64,000 nt of DNA from an uncultured Bacteroidota bacterium (GCA_903844645.1 CAIMUP010000027.1:6547-70546), one strand, 5' to 3'. Counted from the first letter of the stretch, positions 10,745 through 20,793 are shown. Numbers and translations are program-made. Notes: generated from the sequence alone by a model not told the origin.

Positions 10745-10825
10745 TTTGGCAAAGGAGGCATCTAATATTCCCTCCCAACCACTCCTATTATATAGGCACC
10801 GTTTTGGGGAGGAATGTGAAATAAG
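10745..10825. repeat. Inverted-repeat arm A (~55-bp core ttcctccccaaaacggtgcctatataataggagtggttgggaggg, reverse-complemented here); partner at 23985-24070
   Basis: The reverse complement of 10770-10825 aligns at about 80% with 24000-24060. Confidence 0.75.
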
Positions 10826-10837
10826 TGATTTATAGCG

Positions 10838-11060
10838 TAACCGACTTCTGTTTCGACCTAAACCATGTGCTTTACTACGAAACAGAAGTCTGCTTCGGTC
10901 TAAAGCATGTGGTTTACTGCGAAACAGAAGTCGGCTTCGGTCTAAACCATGTGGTTTACTGCGAAACAGAAGTCGGCTTCGGTCTAAACAACATGGTTTA
11001 CTACGAAACAGAAGTCGGCTTCGGTCTAAACAACGTTGTTTAGACCGAAACAGAACTTCC
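10838..11060. repeat. Tandem array of 42-bp units (gtttactgcgaaacagaagtcggcttcggtctaaaccatgtg), about 5 copies, bounded by inverted partial copies
   Basis: Direct reading. The first partial unit 'gtaaccgacttctgtttcgacctaaacc' and the last 'gtttagaccgaaacagaac' are inverted relative to the internal units. There are no spacers, so it is not a CRISPR array. Confidence 0.9.
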
Positions 11061-11240
11061 TGAACATGCAAAGCACTCGATTTTGATGGAAATTCTTGCC
11101 GATTTTCGCAAAAGTGGCGTTATTTGGAATTTCGGCAAGTTTTCGGATGATTTGAAATAGATGGATTTTCCCCTAAATTCTTGCCGATTTTGAGGAAATC
11201 GTAGGTTTTGATGAAAACGGGAGGAAATCATCCAAAAAAA
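11041..11240. repeat. Inverted-repeat arm B (~190 bp; internal duplication of '...atcggcaagaattt...'); partner at 23440-23620
   Basis: The reverse complement of 11060-11238 aligns at about 85% with 23443-23615. Example: 'atcgtaggttttgatgaaaacgggaggaaatcatcc' against 'ggatgatttcctcccgttttcatcaaaacctacgat'. Confidence 0.85.
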
Positions 11241-11351
11241 TTATATGGGATAAAACCTCCATCGCGTAGCGACTCCAGCATCGCATCCTGAATTAATCAA
11301 AAACCGCTTGCCCCACTTTTTAATACTTTTGCATCCCTAAGAATAACAATT

Positions 11352-12053
11352 ATGCACCTCGTTTTCGCCCCCGATATTGCCGCCAAAGACTATGTCTTGA
11401 ACAAGGAAGAATCTATGCACATCATCAAGGTTTTGCGCCAACGGATGGATGATAAAATTATGCTGACAGATGGGAAAGGGAACTTTTATACGGCATTAAT
11501 TATGGATGATAACTCGAAGGGATGTGGCGTAAAAATCATCGAAACAACCCGAGAAAAGGAACGGGGATTTGCGCTTCATATCGCCATTGCTCCTACCAAA
11601 AATATGGATCGAATGGAATGGTTCGTTGAGAAGGCAGTGGAGATAGGGATTGATGAAATAACACCCATTATATGCACCCACTCCGAACGGAAAGTAGTGC
11701 GAATGGATAGACTCGAGAAGGTGATGGTTGCTGCGATTAAGCAATCTGTCAAGGCTACGCTGCCGGTACTTAATCCTCTGATTCCGTTTAAAGATTTTAT
11801 TAAAATACCGACTACGGCAGAGCGGTTTATTGCCAATTGCGAGGAGGATGCGGCGACGCATTTAGGGATAAAATATAGTAAAGGTGCGAAGGCGATTGTC
11901 TTGATAGGACCGGAAGGCGATTTCGCTCCCGAAGAGCTTGTGAATGCCGCGAAATCGGGCTATCAATCCATCAGCCTTGGGGCATCACGATTGCGCACTG
12001 AAACTGCGGGTGTAGTGGCATGCCATACCATTAATCTGATGAATGATATTTAG
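11352..12053 (+). CDS. rsmE: 16S rRNA (uracil1498-N3)-methyltransferase RsmE
   Basis: The length (233 aa), the N-terminal 'FAPDI...EESMHIIKVLR' and the C-terminal 'GPEGDF...ELV...G...ISLG.SRLRTETA' are characteristic of the RsmE/SPOUT family. Confidence 0.8.
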   Translation: MHLVFAPDIAAKDYVLNKEESMHIIKVLRQRMDDKIMLTDGKGNFYTALIMDDNSKGCGVKIIETTREKERGFALHIAIAPTKNMDRMEWFVEKAVEIGIDEITPIICTHSERKVVRMDRLEKVMVAAIKQSVKATLPVLNPLIPFKDFIKIPTTAERFIANCEEDAATHLGIKYSKGAKAIVLIGPEGDFAPEELVNAAKSGYQSISLGASRLRTETAGVVACHTINLMNDI

Positions 12054-12733
12054 TTGATGGTAGGATCGTTTTCGCGATACATATAAATTACTCTTGGTTC
12101 CTCGGGATTGTTTGGCGGTAAAAGATTATCATCCTCATCCTCGTCTTCAAAGGGATCTATCGGAGGTGGCGGTCCTTGGTTGCGGAAGATTAAGGCACAG
12201 AAAAAACCCATCAATAAACCGAATAAATGGGACTCCCATGATACTCTCAAATCCATTGGCATGATGCCCCAGACAATGCTTCCATAAAGAAAAGTTACTA
12301 GAAAGGTGATGGCTAATAACGGGATATTCCTTCTGATAATTCCACTTAAAAACAGGAAACCGAACAGCCCGTAAACAACCCCACTTGCACCGATGTGAAC
12401 ATTCTGCCGGGCAAATATCCATACTAATATTCCTCCGCCAAGATAGATGATAAAGAACGTTTTATATGCAAGGCTTCGGTAGAAATAGACCATCAGCAAA
12501 CAACATATAAACAGTGGAATGGTATTAGAGATTAGGTGAGAAAAGTCAGCATGAATCAGCGGGGCAGTAAGGATGCCGATCATGCCGGAAGCTTTGCGAG
12601 GGACTAAGCCGAGGGAGCCTAAACTACCGGTAAAGAATTGATAGATGTGGATTAGCCACAGTATTAAAATGAAGATTCCCGGCAGGTAGATGCTAAGGAA
12701 TATGCGGTTCTTTTCTTCTTTGTCTAATGCCAT
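12050..12733 (-). CDS. Rhomboid-family intramembrane serine protease
   Basis: Multi-pass membrane protein with the catalytic 'GASGVVYGLFG' (GxSG) motif and a downstream His-containing TM helix (ESHLFGLLMGFF). Confidence 0.8.
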   Translation of the reverse strand: MALDKEEKNRIFLSIYLPGIFILILWLIHIYQFFTGSLGSLGLVPRKASGMIGILTAPLIHADFSHLISNTIPLFICCLLMVYFYRSLAYKTFFIIYLGGGILVWIFARQNVHIGASGVVYGLFGFLFLSGIIRRNIPLLAITFLVTFLYGSIVWGIMPMDLRVSWESHLFGLLMGFFCALIFRNQGPPPPIDPFEDEDEDDNLLPPNNPEEPRVIYMYRENDPTIN

Positions 12734-12841
12734 ACTTTTCGGGATGCAAAGAAATAGAAAATTCGGACAATCAGATGCTGGAGATAATGTTCATATTTAT
12801 TATTCTATTTTTCTACTTTTGCCGCCACAAATAAATAACGA

Positions 12842-14071
12842 ATGAAGAAGATAATAGCATTACTAAGCTGCCTGATGACAGGAGTATTACTAACGATGGC
12901 GCAATCGCCGGAAGCATTGATGACACAGGCTTCTACGGAATACAAGAACGGAAATTATGTAGGCGCAATATCGCTTTGCAGTAAGATTATCCAGCAGAAG
13001 CCTGATGCTTACCTTGCCTTCTGTACGCGTGGGCTTTCGTATTATCAATTGGCAAAGTATGATGCCTCGATTTCTGATTATAATAAGGCTATTGAATACA
13101 ATCCGAACTTTGCGGAGGTGATCTATTATCGTGGTTTAGTCTATGATAAGATGAATAAATACGAGTCCTCTGTTTCTGATTATACCCGTGCCATCCAAAT
13201 CAATCCGAACTACATAGATGCCTATTACAAGCGGGGTTTGGCGTATTACCAGATAGGCAAGTACGATTATTCTGTGCTCGATTTCAGTAAGACAATTACT
13301 ATTGGAGGCGATAAGGCAGATGCTTACTTTAATCGTGGTCTTTGTTATTATAAGATGGATAAGTTCGAGGCTGCGATTGCTGATTTCGGGAAGACGATTA
13401 CCACGAATCCCAATTACAAAGAAGCCTTATATAATCGAGGTTTGTGTAATTATCGCTTAGATAATTTTGAGCCTGCTATTCAGGACTTTACGAAGGCAAT
13501 AACTTTAGATTTGAATTATACAGATGCTTATTTCAACCGCGGTTTGACGTATAATAAGTTGGATAAATACAACAACGCCATCCTCGATTTGTCGAAGACT
13601 ATTCAATTAAAAGTTGATTATGCCGATGCGTATTGCAACCTTGGTTACTCCTGCTTCAAGTCATCTAAATTCGATGATGCTCTTACTAATCTTAATAAAG
13701 CAATCAGCCTTAAATCTGACTTCTCGGATGCGTATTTCTTCCGTGGTTTGGTGAGGAATAAACAGAAGCAGTATGAATCTGCGGTCATTGATTTCTCTAA
13801 GTCATTGGATTTGAAGAAGGACAAGGATGCCTTTCCGCAGGGGTATTTCAACAGGGGTGTTTCCTTTATGTCTATCAACAAAAATGATGAAGCTGTTGAA
13901 GATTTCGACCGTGCAATCAAGTTAAATCCAGAGTACGCGGAGGCTTATTCCAAGCGGGGTTTGGTGAAGATTGCGATGAGTAAGAAAGCTGAAAGCTGTG
14001 CTGATTTAAAGAAGGCTGCCGACATGGGTTTGGAGGAAGCCATCAACGCTTATGTTAAGAATTGCGATTAA
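12842..14071 (+). CDS. Tetratricopeptide-repeat (TPR) secreted/lipoprotein
   Basis: Signal peptide, then about 10 consecutive 34-residue TPR units ('AY.NRGL.YY...KY..AI.DF.KAI..NPNY'). Confidence 0.8.
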   Translation: MKKIIALLSCLMTGVLLTMAQSPEALMTQASTEYKNGNYVGAISLCSKIIQQKPDAYLAFCTRGLSYYQLAKYDASISDYNKAIEYNPNFAEVIYYRGLVYDKMNKYESSVSDYTRAIQINPNYIDAYYKRGLAYYQIGKYDYSVLDFSKTITIGGDKADAYFNRGLCYYKMDKFEAAIADFGKTITTNPNYKEALYNRGLCNYRLDNFEPAIQDFTKAITLDLNYTDAYFNRGLTYNKLDKYNNAILDLSKTIQLKVDYADAYCNLGYSCFKSSKFDDALTNLNKAISLKSDFSDAYFFRGLVRNKQKQYESAVIDFSKSLDLKKDKDAFPQGYFNRGVSFMSINKNDEAVEDFDRAIKLNPEYAEAYSKRGLVKIAMSKKAESCADLKKAADMGLEEAINAYVKNCD

Positions 14072-14134
14072 TAATAAGTTGCGAATTACCCCAATTAAAT
14101 GCAATCAAACAGTGTAATCAGTAGCCATTAAAAG

Positions 14135-14788
14135 ATGATCAAAGCGCAGCAGATATTCAAAGCATACAACGACCTGAAGGTGCTTCAAGGCATTGATGTG
14201 GTGATCGAAACGGGAGAGATCGTTTCTATCGTTGGTCCTTCGGGTGCTGGCAAAAGTACGTTACTGCACATCCTCGGAACGCTGGATAAGGCAGACAAAG
14301 GCGTGGTCGAAATCAATGATATTAAAATAGGTGAATTGAATAGTAAACAACTCGCTGCGTTCCGCAATAAAAACATTGGTTTCATCTTTCAGTTTCATCA
14401 TTTGCTCCCTGAATTCACGGCGTTGGAGAATGTGTGCATCCCTGCTTTCATCGCTCATGCCAGCAAAAAAGATGCTGAAAAACGTGCTGCCGAACTTCTC
14501 GATTTCCTCGGTTTGAAAGATAGGTTAAATCATAAACCAAAAGAATTATCTGGTGGTGAACAGCAACGCGTCGCTGCTGCCCGCGCCTTAATTAATAGCC
14601 CTACCGTGATTATGGCGGATGAACCTTCGGGCAATCTGGACTCTCATTCCGCGACCGAACTCCACAATTTATTCTTCCAATTGCGGAAGGAATTCAACCA
14701 GACCTTTGTCATCGTAACGCACAATGAGGAGTTGGCGAATATGGCTGATCGAAAGCTGGTGATGAAGGACGGTAAATTGGTTGATTAA
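14135..14788 (+). CDS. ABC transporter ATP-binding protein, LolD/MacB-like
   Basis: Walker A 'GPSGAGKST', ABC signature '[15 protein letters not shown]', Walker B 'IMADEP'. The length (217 aa) is typical of LolD/FtsE-type ATPases. Confidence 0.85.
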   Translation: MIKAQQIFKAYNDLKVLQGIDVVIETGEIVSIVGPSGAGKSTLLHILGTLDKADKGVVEINDIKIGELNSKQLAAFRNKNIGFIFQFHHLLPEFTALENVCIPAFIAHASKKDAEKRAAELLDFLGLKDRLNHKPKELSGGEQQRVAAARALINSPTVIMADEPSGNLDSHSATELHNLFFQLRKEFNQTFVIVTHNEELANMADRKLVMKDGKLVD

Positions 14789-14870
14789 TCCTCTTCTTTT
14801 ATCCTTCAGAATCCCCTCTTATTTTACCCTCGACAAAACATCTGGGGTTGGTTCAGGAATTAGATAATAT

Positions 14871-15138
14871 ATTGTAATACTTCCCTGTGACATTGTAATA
14901 CTTCCCTGTGACATTGTAATACTTCCCTGTGACATTGTAATACTTCCCTGTAACATTGTAATACTTCCCTGTAACATTGTAATACTTCCCTGTCACATTG
15001 TAGTACTTCCCTGTCACATTGTAGTACTTCCCTGTGACATTGTAATACTTCCCTGTGACATTGTAGTACTTCCCTGTGACATTGTAATACTTCCCTGTGA
15101 CATTGTAGTACTTCCCTGTGACATTGTAGTACTTCCCC
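14871..15138. repeat. Tandem array of 21-bp units (cattgtaatacttccctgtga), about 13 copies
   Basis: Direct reading. Intergenic, between the ABC ATPase stop and the next TPR gene. Confidence 0.9.
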
Positions 15139-15277
15139 ATCACTTTAGTAGTTTTCTCTGTTTTTAAACCCTATTTTACGTTGTAAACACCATTATATAA
15201 GAAGTAGAAATCGGAATTCGGAGCCACGAAACCCCCATTTTCAGTGTTTTTATCCGGAATTTTCCTTTCTTTGCCAG

Positions 15278-16348
15278 ATGAAAACATACCTCCATTTCCT
15301 GGCGAAGATTATTTGCATCTTTCTTCTGATGCTAATTACCATCAATAGTATTGGGCAAAACAAAAGTAATATTGATACCTTCCGAGTCATGTTAAAGAAA
15401 TACGATGAATTAAAAAAAGAACCGGCTAATAAAGTGAATTTCTCATTAGATAGTATGAAGGTTGAAATTCTAAATGCAATGAGTTATGAATACGCGAATA
15501 TTAATACTGATTCTGCCCTTTTGTATGCTAATAAAGCATTAAAATTCTCTGAAAAGATTCATTCTAAAAAGGGCATGGCGGATGCCTATTATTATACGGC
15601 TGTTGTATTTACTGAATTAGGTAAGTATGACAAGGCATTGAAATATCATAAAAAGTCTTTAAAGGTTCATTTAAGAATAAATGATATGAAAGGTTGCTCT
15701 ATGTCCTATACCAGTATGGGTATTATTTATGACCTTCAAGGCTCTTATTCCAAGGCTATAAAATATTATACAATGGCGTTGAAGTTCTCACTATTGTTGA
15801 AGGATGACAAAGGAATCGCAGCAGACTATGGAAACATAGGGGTGGTGTATATGAATGAAAAGAAATATGATAGTGCGCTATCTAATTTCTTTACATCGCT
15901 GAAGATAGAAGAAGAAATAAATAATGTATCAGGTATTGCTCAAACTCTTAATAATGTTGGCATGATTTATCATAAACAAGGAAAGTATCCTGAAGCATTA
16001 GAGAGCCTTAATTTATCCCTGCAAAAGAAAGAAGAGATAGGAGATAAACGGGGTATTTCTTATTCTTATAATAACATTGGCGATGTGTATTGTGCACAAG
16101 GCAATTGCCAGAAAGCATTGGATAATTGCTTGCTTTCAATCAAGATGAAAGAAGACCTTGGCGACAAGTATGGCATTGCCTATTCTTACAACAGTATAGG
16201 GCTTATTTATAAGAGTTTTAATAAGTACCAAGAGGCGATGGAGTATGCGCAAAAAGGACTTGCATTAGCCCATGCAATCGGTGCGAAAGACTTGGAACAA
16301 GAGCTACTTAAACACATCGAGGAGTTAAAAACTTTGATGAAGAAGTAG
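15278..16348 (+). CDS. TPR-repeat protein with N-terminal signal/anchor
   Basis: Hydrophobic N-terminus, then repeated 'GMADAYYY.A.V...GKYDKALKY..K.L' TPR-like units. Confidence 0.7.
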   Translation: MKTYLHFLAKIICIFLLMLITINSIGQNKSNIDTFRVMLKKYDELKKEPANKVNFSLDSMKVEILNAMSYEYANINTDSALLYANKALKFSEKIHSKKGMADAYYYTAVVFTELGKYDKALKYHKKSLKVHLRINDMKGCSMSYTSMGIIYDLQGSYSKAIKYYTMALKFSLLLKDDKGIAADYGNIGVVYMNEKKYDSALSNFFTSLKIEEEINNVSGIAQTLNNVGMIYHKQGKYPEALESLNLSLQKKEEIGDKRGISYSYNNIGDVYCAQGNCQKALDNCLLSIKMKEDLGDKYGIAYSYNSIGLIYKSFNKYQEAMEYAQKGLALAHAIGAKDLEQELLKHIEELKTLMKK

Positions 16349-16363
16349 ATTAATAAAGGCTTC

Positions 16364-17410
16364 TTAATTGTTTATATAAATAGCAAATTCATCCCTCGCG
16401 ATGAACTGTCCAATAGGCTTATTCGTGATAGAGGACAAGCCGAAATCGTGCATCACTTCTTGGAATTGATTAACCGTATCGGGATTCACAGAAACCAGCA
16501 AGCCACCAGAGGTTTGCGGGTCGCAAAGCGTGATAAAAGACATGCCTTCAATGCCACTTACTTTCTTTTCATAACTGTTCCAATTGCGATAGACATTATC
16601 GGGGAAACAAAACTGGTTGGTGTAGTATTCAATACCGTTAATCAAGGGAATATCCTGGTAATTCAATGCTGCCGAAAGGTCACTCCCATCAGCCATCTCG
16701 ATAAGATGACCGAGTAATCCGAATCCCGTAACATCTGTCATGGCAGACACTCCCTGCATCTTGCTTAATTCGACACCGACCTTGTTCAATTGGCACATTA
16801 AATCGAGAGCTGTTTTATAATCTTCATCCCGAACGATGCCACGCTTGAGTGCAGCAGTAATAATGCCGATTCCCAGGGGCTTGGTAAGGTACAATTGATT
16901 ACCGATATGGGCGGTGTTGTTCTTCTTTAAGTGAGCGGTTTCGATGATGCCATTCACCGCCAAGCCGAATATGGGTTCCGTGGTGGAAATACTGTGCCCG
17001 CCTGCCAATGGAATGCCTGCTTCTTCGCAGATAGCGCGACTGCCTTGCAATACTTGGTGCGCCAGTTCGGGGGTTAGTTTATCCATGTTCCAACCAAGGA
17101 TGGCGATGGCTAAAATCGGCTTGCCACCCATCGCATAAACGTCGTTGATGGCATTAACAGCGGCTATTCTCCCAAAATCAAAAGCATCATCCACGATAGG
17201 CGTGAAAAAGTCGGTCGTCGCGATGAGTGCCGAGCCATTACCCATGTCGAAAACGGCAGCATCATCGCGAGAATGATTCCCTACCAACAATTCTTTGAAG
17301 GCGTTTCTGTTCTCGCCGTCCTGCAAAATGATATCTAACTGCGAAGCCGGTATTTTGCAGCCACAGCCCGAGCCTTTGCTGTATTGCGTTAATCTGATTT
17401 GTTCGTTCAT
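16364..17410 (-). CDS. selD: Selenide, water dikinase (selenophosphate synthetase) SelD, Cys-type
   Basis: N-terminal 'LTQYSKGSGCGCKIPASQLDIIL' (SelD GxGCK motif with Cys, not Sec). AIR-synthase-related fold motifs 'DAAV...TTDFFTP..DD' and 'AMTDVTGFGLLGH'. Confidence 0.85.
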   Translation of the reverse strand: MNEQIRLTQYSKGSGCGCKIPASQLDIILQDGENRNAFKELLVGNHSRDDAAVFDMGNGSALIATTDFFTPIVDDAFDFGRIAAVNAINDVYAMGGKPILAIAILGWNMDKLTPELAHQVLQGSRAICEEAGIPLAGGHSISTTEPIFGLAVNGIIETAHLKKNNTAHIGNQLYLTKPLGIGIITAALKRGIVRDEDYKTALDLMCQLNKVGVELSKMQGVSAMTDVTGFGLLGHLIEMADGSDLSAALNYQDIPLINGIEYYTNQFCFPDNVYRNWNSYEKKVSGIEGMSFITLCDPQTSGGLLVSVNPDTVNQFQEVMHDFGLSSITNKPIGQFIARDEFAIYINN

Positions 17411-17460
17411 GTTGCAAAACTAAGAAAGAAAAGCGTTATCGCGTTTCGAGGATGCAAACA

Positions 17461-18033
17461 TCACTGAATGGTAGCTGCGATATGCGTGTCAGTGTAGGCG
17501 GCATACTTGCTCAATTCTGTTGCTATGTGGGCATTCCAGAGCTGTTGGTTGGCGGTATTGATATGATGATTCGTTTCTTTGTCGTACCGGTTCTCTTCCT
17601 TCTCCCACGCCTTGGAATTACTCTTATAAAGGTCGTTTAATTTCGCTTTTACGTTCCTTTTATTAAACGATGCATCGCGCAAAGCCTTCCTTAATTTACG
17701 GGCATACAACTCTGCAAGATCGAAATGCCCTTGTTCGTGTTTCAATCCTGATTCATCGCGACCGATGGGCTTCACCCACGACTGTTTTCTATAAAATATC
17801 GCCTTTACTTCGATGGTAATCGCGGCTCCTTGGTAGTGATAGTTGTACGACATGCCCGAACTCGTAACAGCCCCGTAGTTACTGGCGTTGTTAGGCGTTC
17901 CCTGGAAGTCATCCCACGATAATTGATGGGCAGTCCAAGGTATTTCATCGCCTTCTTTTGCTCTGTTATTCCCGAAAGAAAACAGTACAAAGGCGATACA
18001 CAGCAGGGCGGTTATAGAACTTGTTTTTTTCAT
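17461..18033 (-). CDS. DUF922-family protein (predicted Zn-metallopeptidase-like, HExxH)
   Basis: Signal peptide MKKTSSITALLCIAFVLF, then the 'KHEQGHFD' motif characteristic of DUF922. The ORF track extends the reading frame to 18309 through the repeat array; the true start is most likely the ATG at 18033. Confidence 0.65.
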   Translation of the reverse strand: MKKTSSITALLCIAFVLFSFGNNRAKEGDEIPWTAHQLSWDDFQGTPNNASNYGAVTSSGMSYNYHYQGAAITIEVKAIFYRKQSWVKPIGRDESGLKHEQGHFDLAELYARKLRKALRDASFNKRNVKAKLNDLYKSNSKAWEKEENRYDKETNHHINTANQQLWNAHIATELSKYAAYTDTHIAATIQ

Positions 18034-18099
18034 CAAATTAAGACTATACAAAAACGATTCCAAAGTTTTTTTATTGGATAAAAGCGACCTCGCGTTCGC

Positions 18100-18243
18100 C
18101 AATCGCGTACATGCCGTTACAATTCGCGTACATTGACTCGGAATTAGCGTACATGCCGTTAGAATTAGCGTACATTGACTCGGAATTAGCGTACATTTCA
18201 TGACATAAACACGTGTTTTTGTCATGAAATGTACGCTAATTTT
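18100..18243. repeat. Tandem 21/42-bp array (gcgtacatgccgttacaattc / gcgtacattgactcggaatta) ending in a ~58-bp near-perfect palindrome
   Basis: The palindrome 'aattagcgtacatttcatgacataaacacg|tgtttttgtcatgaaatgtacgctaatt' spans 18185-18242. It lies between the DUF922 start and the nnr stop. Confidence 0.9.
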
Positions 18244-18256
18244 AGCCTCAATTATG

Positions 18257-19792
18257 CTATCGGAGGAGGGAAAATCCGTTACTGATGCCTTCAATAATAT
18301 CTCTGGCAATCATGAATTCTTCTCCGAGTTTTTCTTTAGCAATATCGCCTGCAAGCCCATGCAAAAAGACCCCGATCATACAAGTCGCGGCAGCGGTATA
18401 ACCCTGTGCCATCAAGCCTGTCAGCATTCCGGTCAGCACATCGCCACTACCCGCCGTCGCCATCCCGGGATTGCCCGTAGAATTGAAAAATAATTGCCCA
18501 TCAGGGAAAGAAATACAAGTATGCGCCCCCTTCAGAATGACATAACATTGGTTTTTGATAGAGAACGCTCGCTGCATTTCCATCCGATTGAAATTATCGG
18601 ACGATTTCCCCACCAATCGCTCGAATTCCTTCGGATGTGGCGTAAAAACACATCCCTTCGGGAGGAAAGCGAGCCACGTTTTGTTCTCCGCAAGGATATT
18701 TATCGCATCGGCATCGAGGATTAAGGGGAGCGTGGTTTGCTGAATGAGCACTTTGAGGAAGTTTTGGGTAGATGAATGCATGCCGATGCCCGGTCCGATG
18801 CCGATTGCGGTATAATTATCGGGCTTAATGGGAGTAGAAATCATGTTTAATTCAGCATCGCACACCACCATCGCCTCCGGAATACTTGTTTGCAGAATGT
18901 CGTATCCGCATTTCGGAATGTTAGTAGTCAATAATCCCGCACCGACTCGCAAAGCCGCCATAGAAGCGAGAACTGCGGCACCTATCTTACCATAGCTGCC
19001 GGCAATAAGTAGCGCATGACCATAATTTCCCTTATGAGAGAAAGGGCTTCGCCGATGAATCATCGGTTTGATGCTGTCTTCGGTAAGGTAATGGAACATT
19101 GTGGATGTATTTTGGAGAAATTCCTCCGAAAGATGGATGTTTATCACCTCCCAATTCCCGATATATTCAGCATTTTCAGGCATCATAAAAGCAATCCTCG
19201 GCACTTGGAACGTGAGCGTACTATTTGCTTTAATAATCGGACTGTTTCTGGTAATGGAAGTACCATCGCCATGCAAGCCGGAGGGCATATCCACCGCTAT
19301 CACACGGGCATTGCCATTGTTAATTCTATTAATGACCTCGGCAGCCAGCCCTTCGACAGGTTTGTTCAGCCCCGAGCCAAAAATAGCATCAATAATAAGG
19401 TCGTCAGGATGAATTTCGGGGATGTCATTCTCGGAATTAATATCAACGATTCTATTTTTCTTCACCTCCACCATCTTAGAATGAAAAAAAAGGAAATCGT
19501 CGGAGCAATGCTCACTGTATCTCACAATATAAGTTTCGACTTTGAAGTTCCGCCTGCTCAATTCTCGAGCTATCACCAAGCCATCGCCACCATTATTCCC
19601 CGTTCCGCAAAAGATTTTGATAGTATGGTCATCAGCAATACTACTTCTGAAATGCCTATCCTCGATTATCTTAATAATTTCTTCAGTACACGCCTTGGCA
19701 GCCCGCTCCATGAGGCGAAAAGATTCGATAGGTTCATGGATTATCGTGTAAGCATCCCACTCTTTGATCTGTTGTTGAGAAAATAGCTTCAT
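18257..19792 (-). CDS. nnr: Bifunctional NAD(P)H-hydrate repair enzyme Nnr (NAD(P)HX epimerase / ADP-dependent dehydratase)
   Basis: N-terminal YjeF-N domain ('QQIKEWDAYTI...CGTGNNGGDGLV'). C-terminal YjeF-C/carbohydrate-kinase domain ('LILDADAIN...GSGDVLTG'). Confidence 0.85.
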   Translation of the reverse strand: MKLFSQQQIKEWDAYTIIHEPIESFRLMERAAKACTEEIIKIIEDRHFRSSIADDHTIKIFCGTGNNGGDGLVIARELSRRNFKVETYIVRYSEHCSDDFLFFHSKMVEVKKNRIVDINSENDIPEIHPDDLIIDAIFGSGLNKPVEGLAAEVINRINNGNARVIAVDMPSGLHGDGTSITRNSPIIKANSTLTFQVPRIAFMMPENAEYIGNWEVINIHLSEEFLQNTSTMFHYLTEDSIKPMIHRRSPFSHKGNYGHALLIAGSYGKIGAAVLASMAALRVGAGLLTTNIPKCGYDILQTSIPEAMVVCDAELNMISTPIKPDNYTAIGIGPGIGMHSSTQNFLKVLIQQTTLPLILDADAINILAENKTWLAFLPKGCVFTPHPKEFERLVGKSSDNFNRMEMQRAFSIKNQCYVILKGAHTCISFPDGQLFFNSTGNPGMATAGSGDVLTGMLTGLMAQGYTAAATCMIGVFLHGLAGDIAKEKLGEEFMIARDIIEGISNGFSLLR

Positions 19793-19801
19793 TGTATGAA
19801 T

Positions 19802-20788
19802 TTAATTGAGAATCCCGACATCAATTCCCTGCATAGAATAATGATATTGGAGATGTCTGCCATCGCCATGCACAGTTAATATCTTCTTCGGACTGACTTT
19901 CTCGACAAGTACCTGCAAATCCTGCCAATCGGCATGGTCGCTGATGTGTAAACGTACCGATGCGCTCTTGTAAAACCAATCCCAGCCCGTCGCAAATGTA
20001 GAATGGAACTTGGAATTATCCTTATAGCGATGATAAATATACGGCGGGACAATGTAGATACAATTATCAGAGAGTTTAAAGAGGTTTCGGCTGTATGGAA
20101 GCCAATTTCCAAGGTCGTAATTATGGGCTTTGTAAAGATGATGGAAAGGAATGATAGATGTATGGATCATTACAATCTTGTCGGGACAGTTCTTTAGTGC
20201 AAGATGCGTGATTCGCTGCGCTTTGCCAATAGCATAAGTACCAATAAGGATATTTCTGGCATCAAGATTATTCAATTTCTGTATTTCGAGGTCAGCATCG
20301 GGATGGATATGTCGAGGATTGGCAAAAGTAGTTTCAGTCATCAGCACATCGGCACTAACAATTTCGATGGGTTCACAAGATGCATCAGGCTGGAGTTTAA
20401 AATCACCGGTGTATAGGTATTTAATACCATCGTACTCCATCAAAACCATTGCACTTCCGAGCATGTGCCCTGCCGGATATAGCGTAATACGAACATCGTT
20501 AATATAAAATGGAGAACCGTATTCCTTTACATGAAACACCTCTGTAGATTTCTTATTAGGATTTCGGATATTCATCAAATCTTTGGTAGGAGCCGTACAA
20601 TAGATGTTCTTATTATTCTTAACAGCATGATCCGAGTGAGCATGGGAAACAACAGCATGGGCTACGGGCTTCTTCGGATCAAGATAAAACTCGCCGGCAG
20701 CACAATAAATCCCAGAAGGCGTTACCGTCAGAAGGTTATATTGCAAAGGATTAGCCGTATCGAAAATAGAAAGTTGAGAAAGATCCAA
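19802..20788 (-). CDS. MBL-fold metallo-hydrolase (beta-CASP-like, possible nucleic-acid processing exonuclease)
   Basis: 'VVSHAHSDHA' HxHxDH metallo-beta-lactamase motif plus downstream His/Asp ligands. About 330 aa. Confidence 0.6.
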   Translation of the reverse strand: MDLSQLSIFDTANPLQYNLLTVTPSGIYCAAGEFYLDPKKPVAHAVVSHAHSDHAVKNNKNIYCTAPTKDLMNIRNPNKKSTEVFHVKEYGSPFYINDVRITLYPAGHMLGSAMVLMEYDGIKYLYTGDFKLQPDASCEPIEIVSADVLMTETTFANPRHIHPDADLEIQKLNNLDARNILIGTYAIGKAQRITHLALKNCPDKIVMIHTSIIPFHHLYKAHNYDLGNWLPYSRNLFKLSDNCIYIVPPYIYHRYKDNSKFHSTFATGWDWFYKSASVRLHISDHADWQDLQVLVEKVSPKKILTVHGDGRHLQYHYSMQGIDVGILN

Positions 20789-20793
20789 AGCTA

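Noticed and set aside
10710-10760. Terminator hairpin after the SBBP gene (ctcgcctcccgcagcgcgaggcg)
   Set aside because: The stem is only 6 bp with a 9-nt loop, and no T-run follows. It is not convincing as an intrinsic terminator.
10838-11060. CRISPR array (regular 42-bp repeats)
   Set aside because: The units are directly tandem with no intervening unique spacers. There are no cas genes anywhere in the window. The same holds for the 23633-23828 array.
17461-18309. 282-aa ORF as the full DUF922 gene
   Set aside because: The N-terminal 92 codons run through repeat array 5 and the palindrome. A signal-peptide Met (MKKTSS..., 18033) gives a sensible 191-aa secreted protein.
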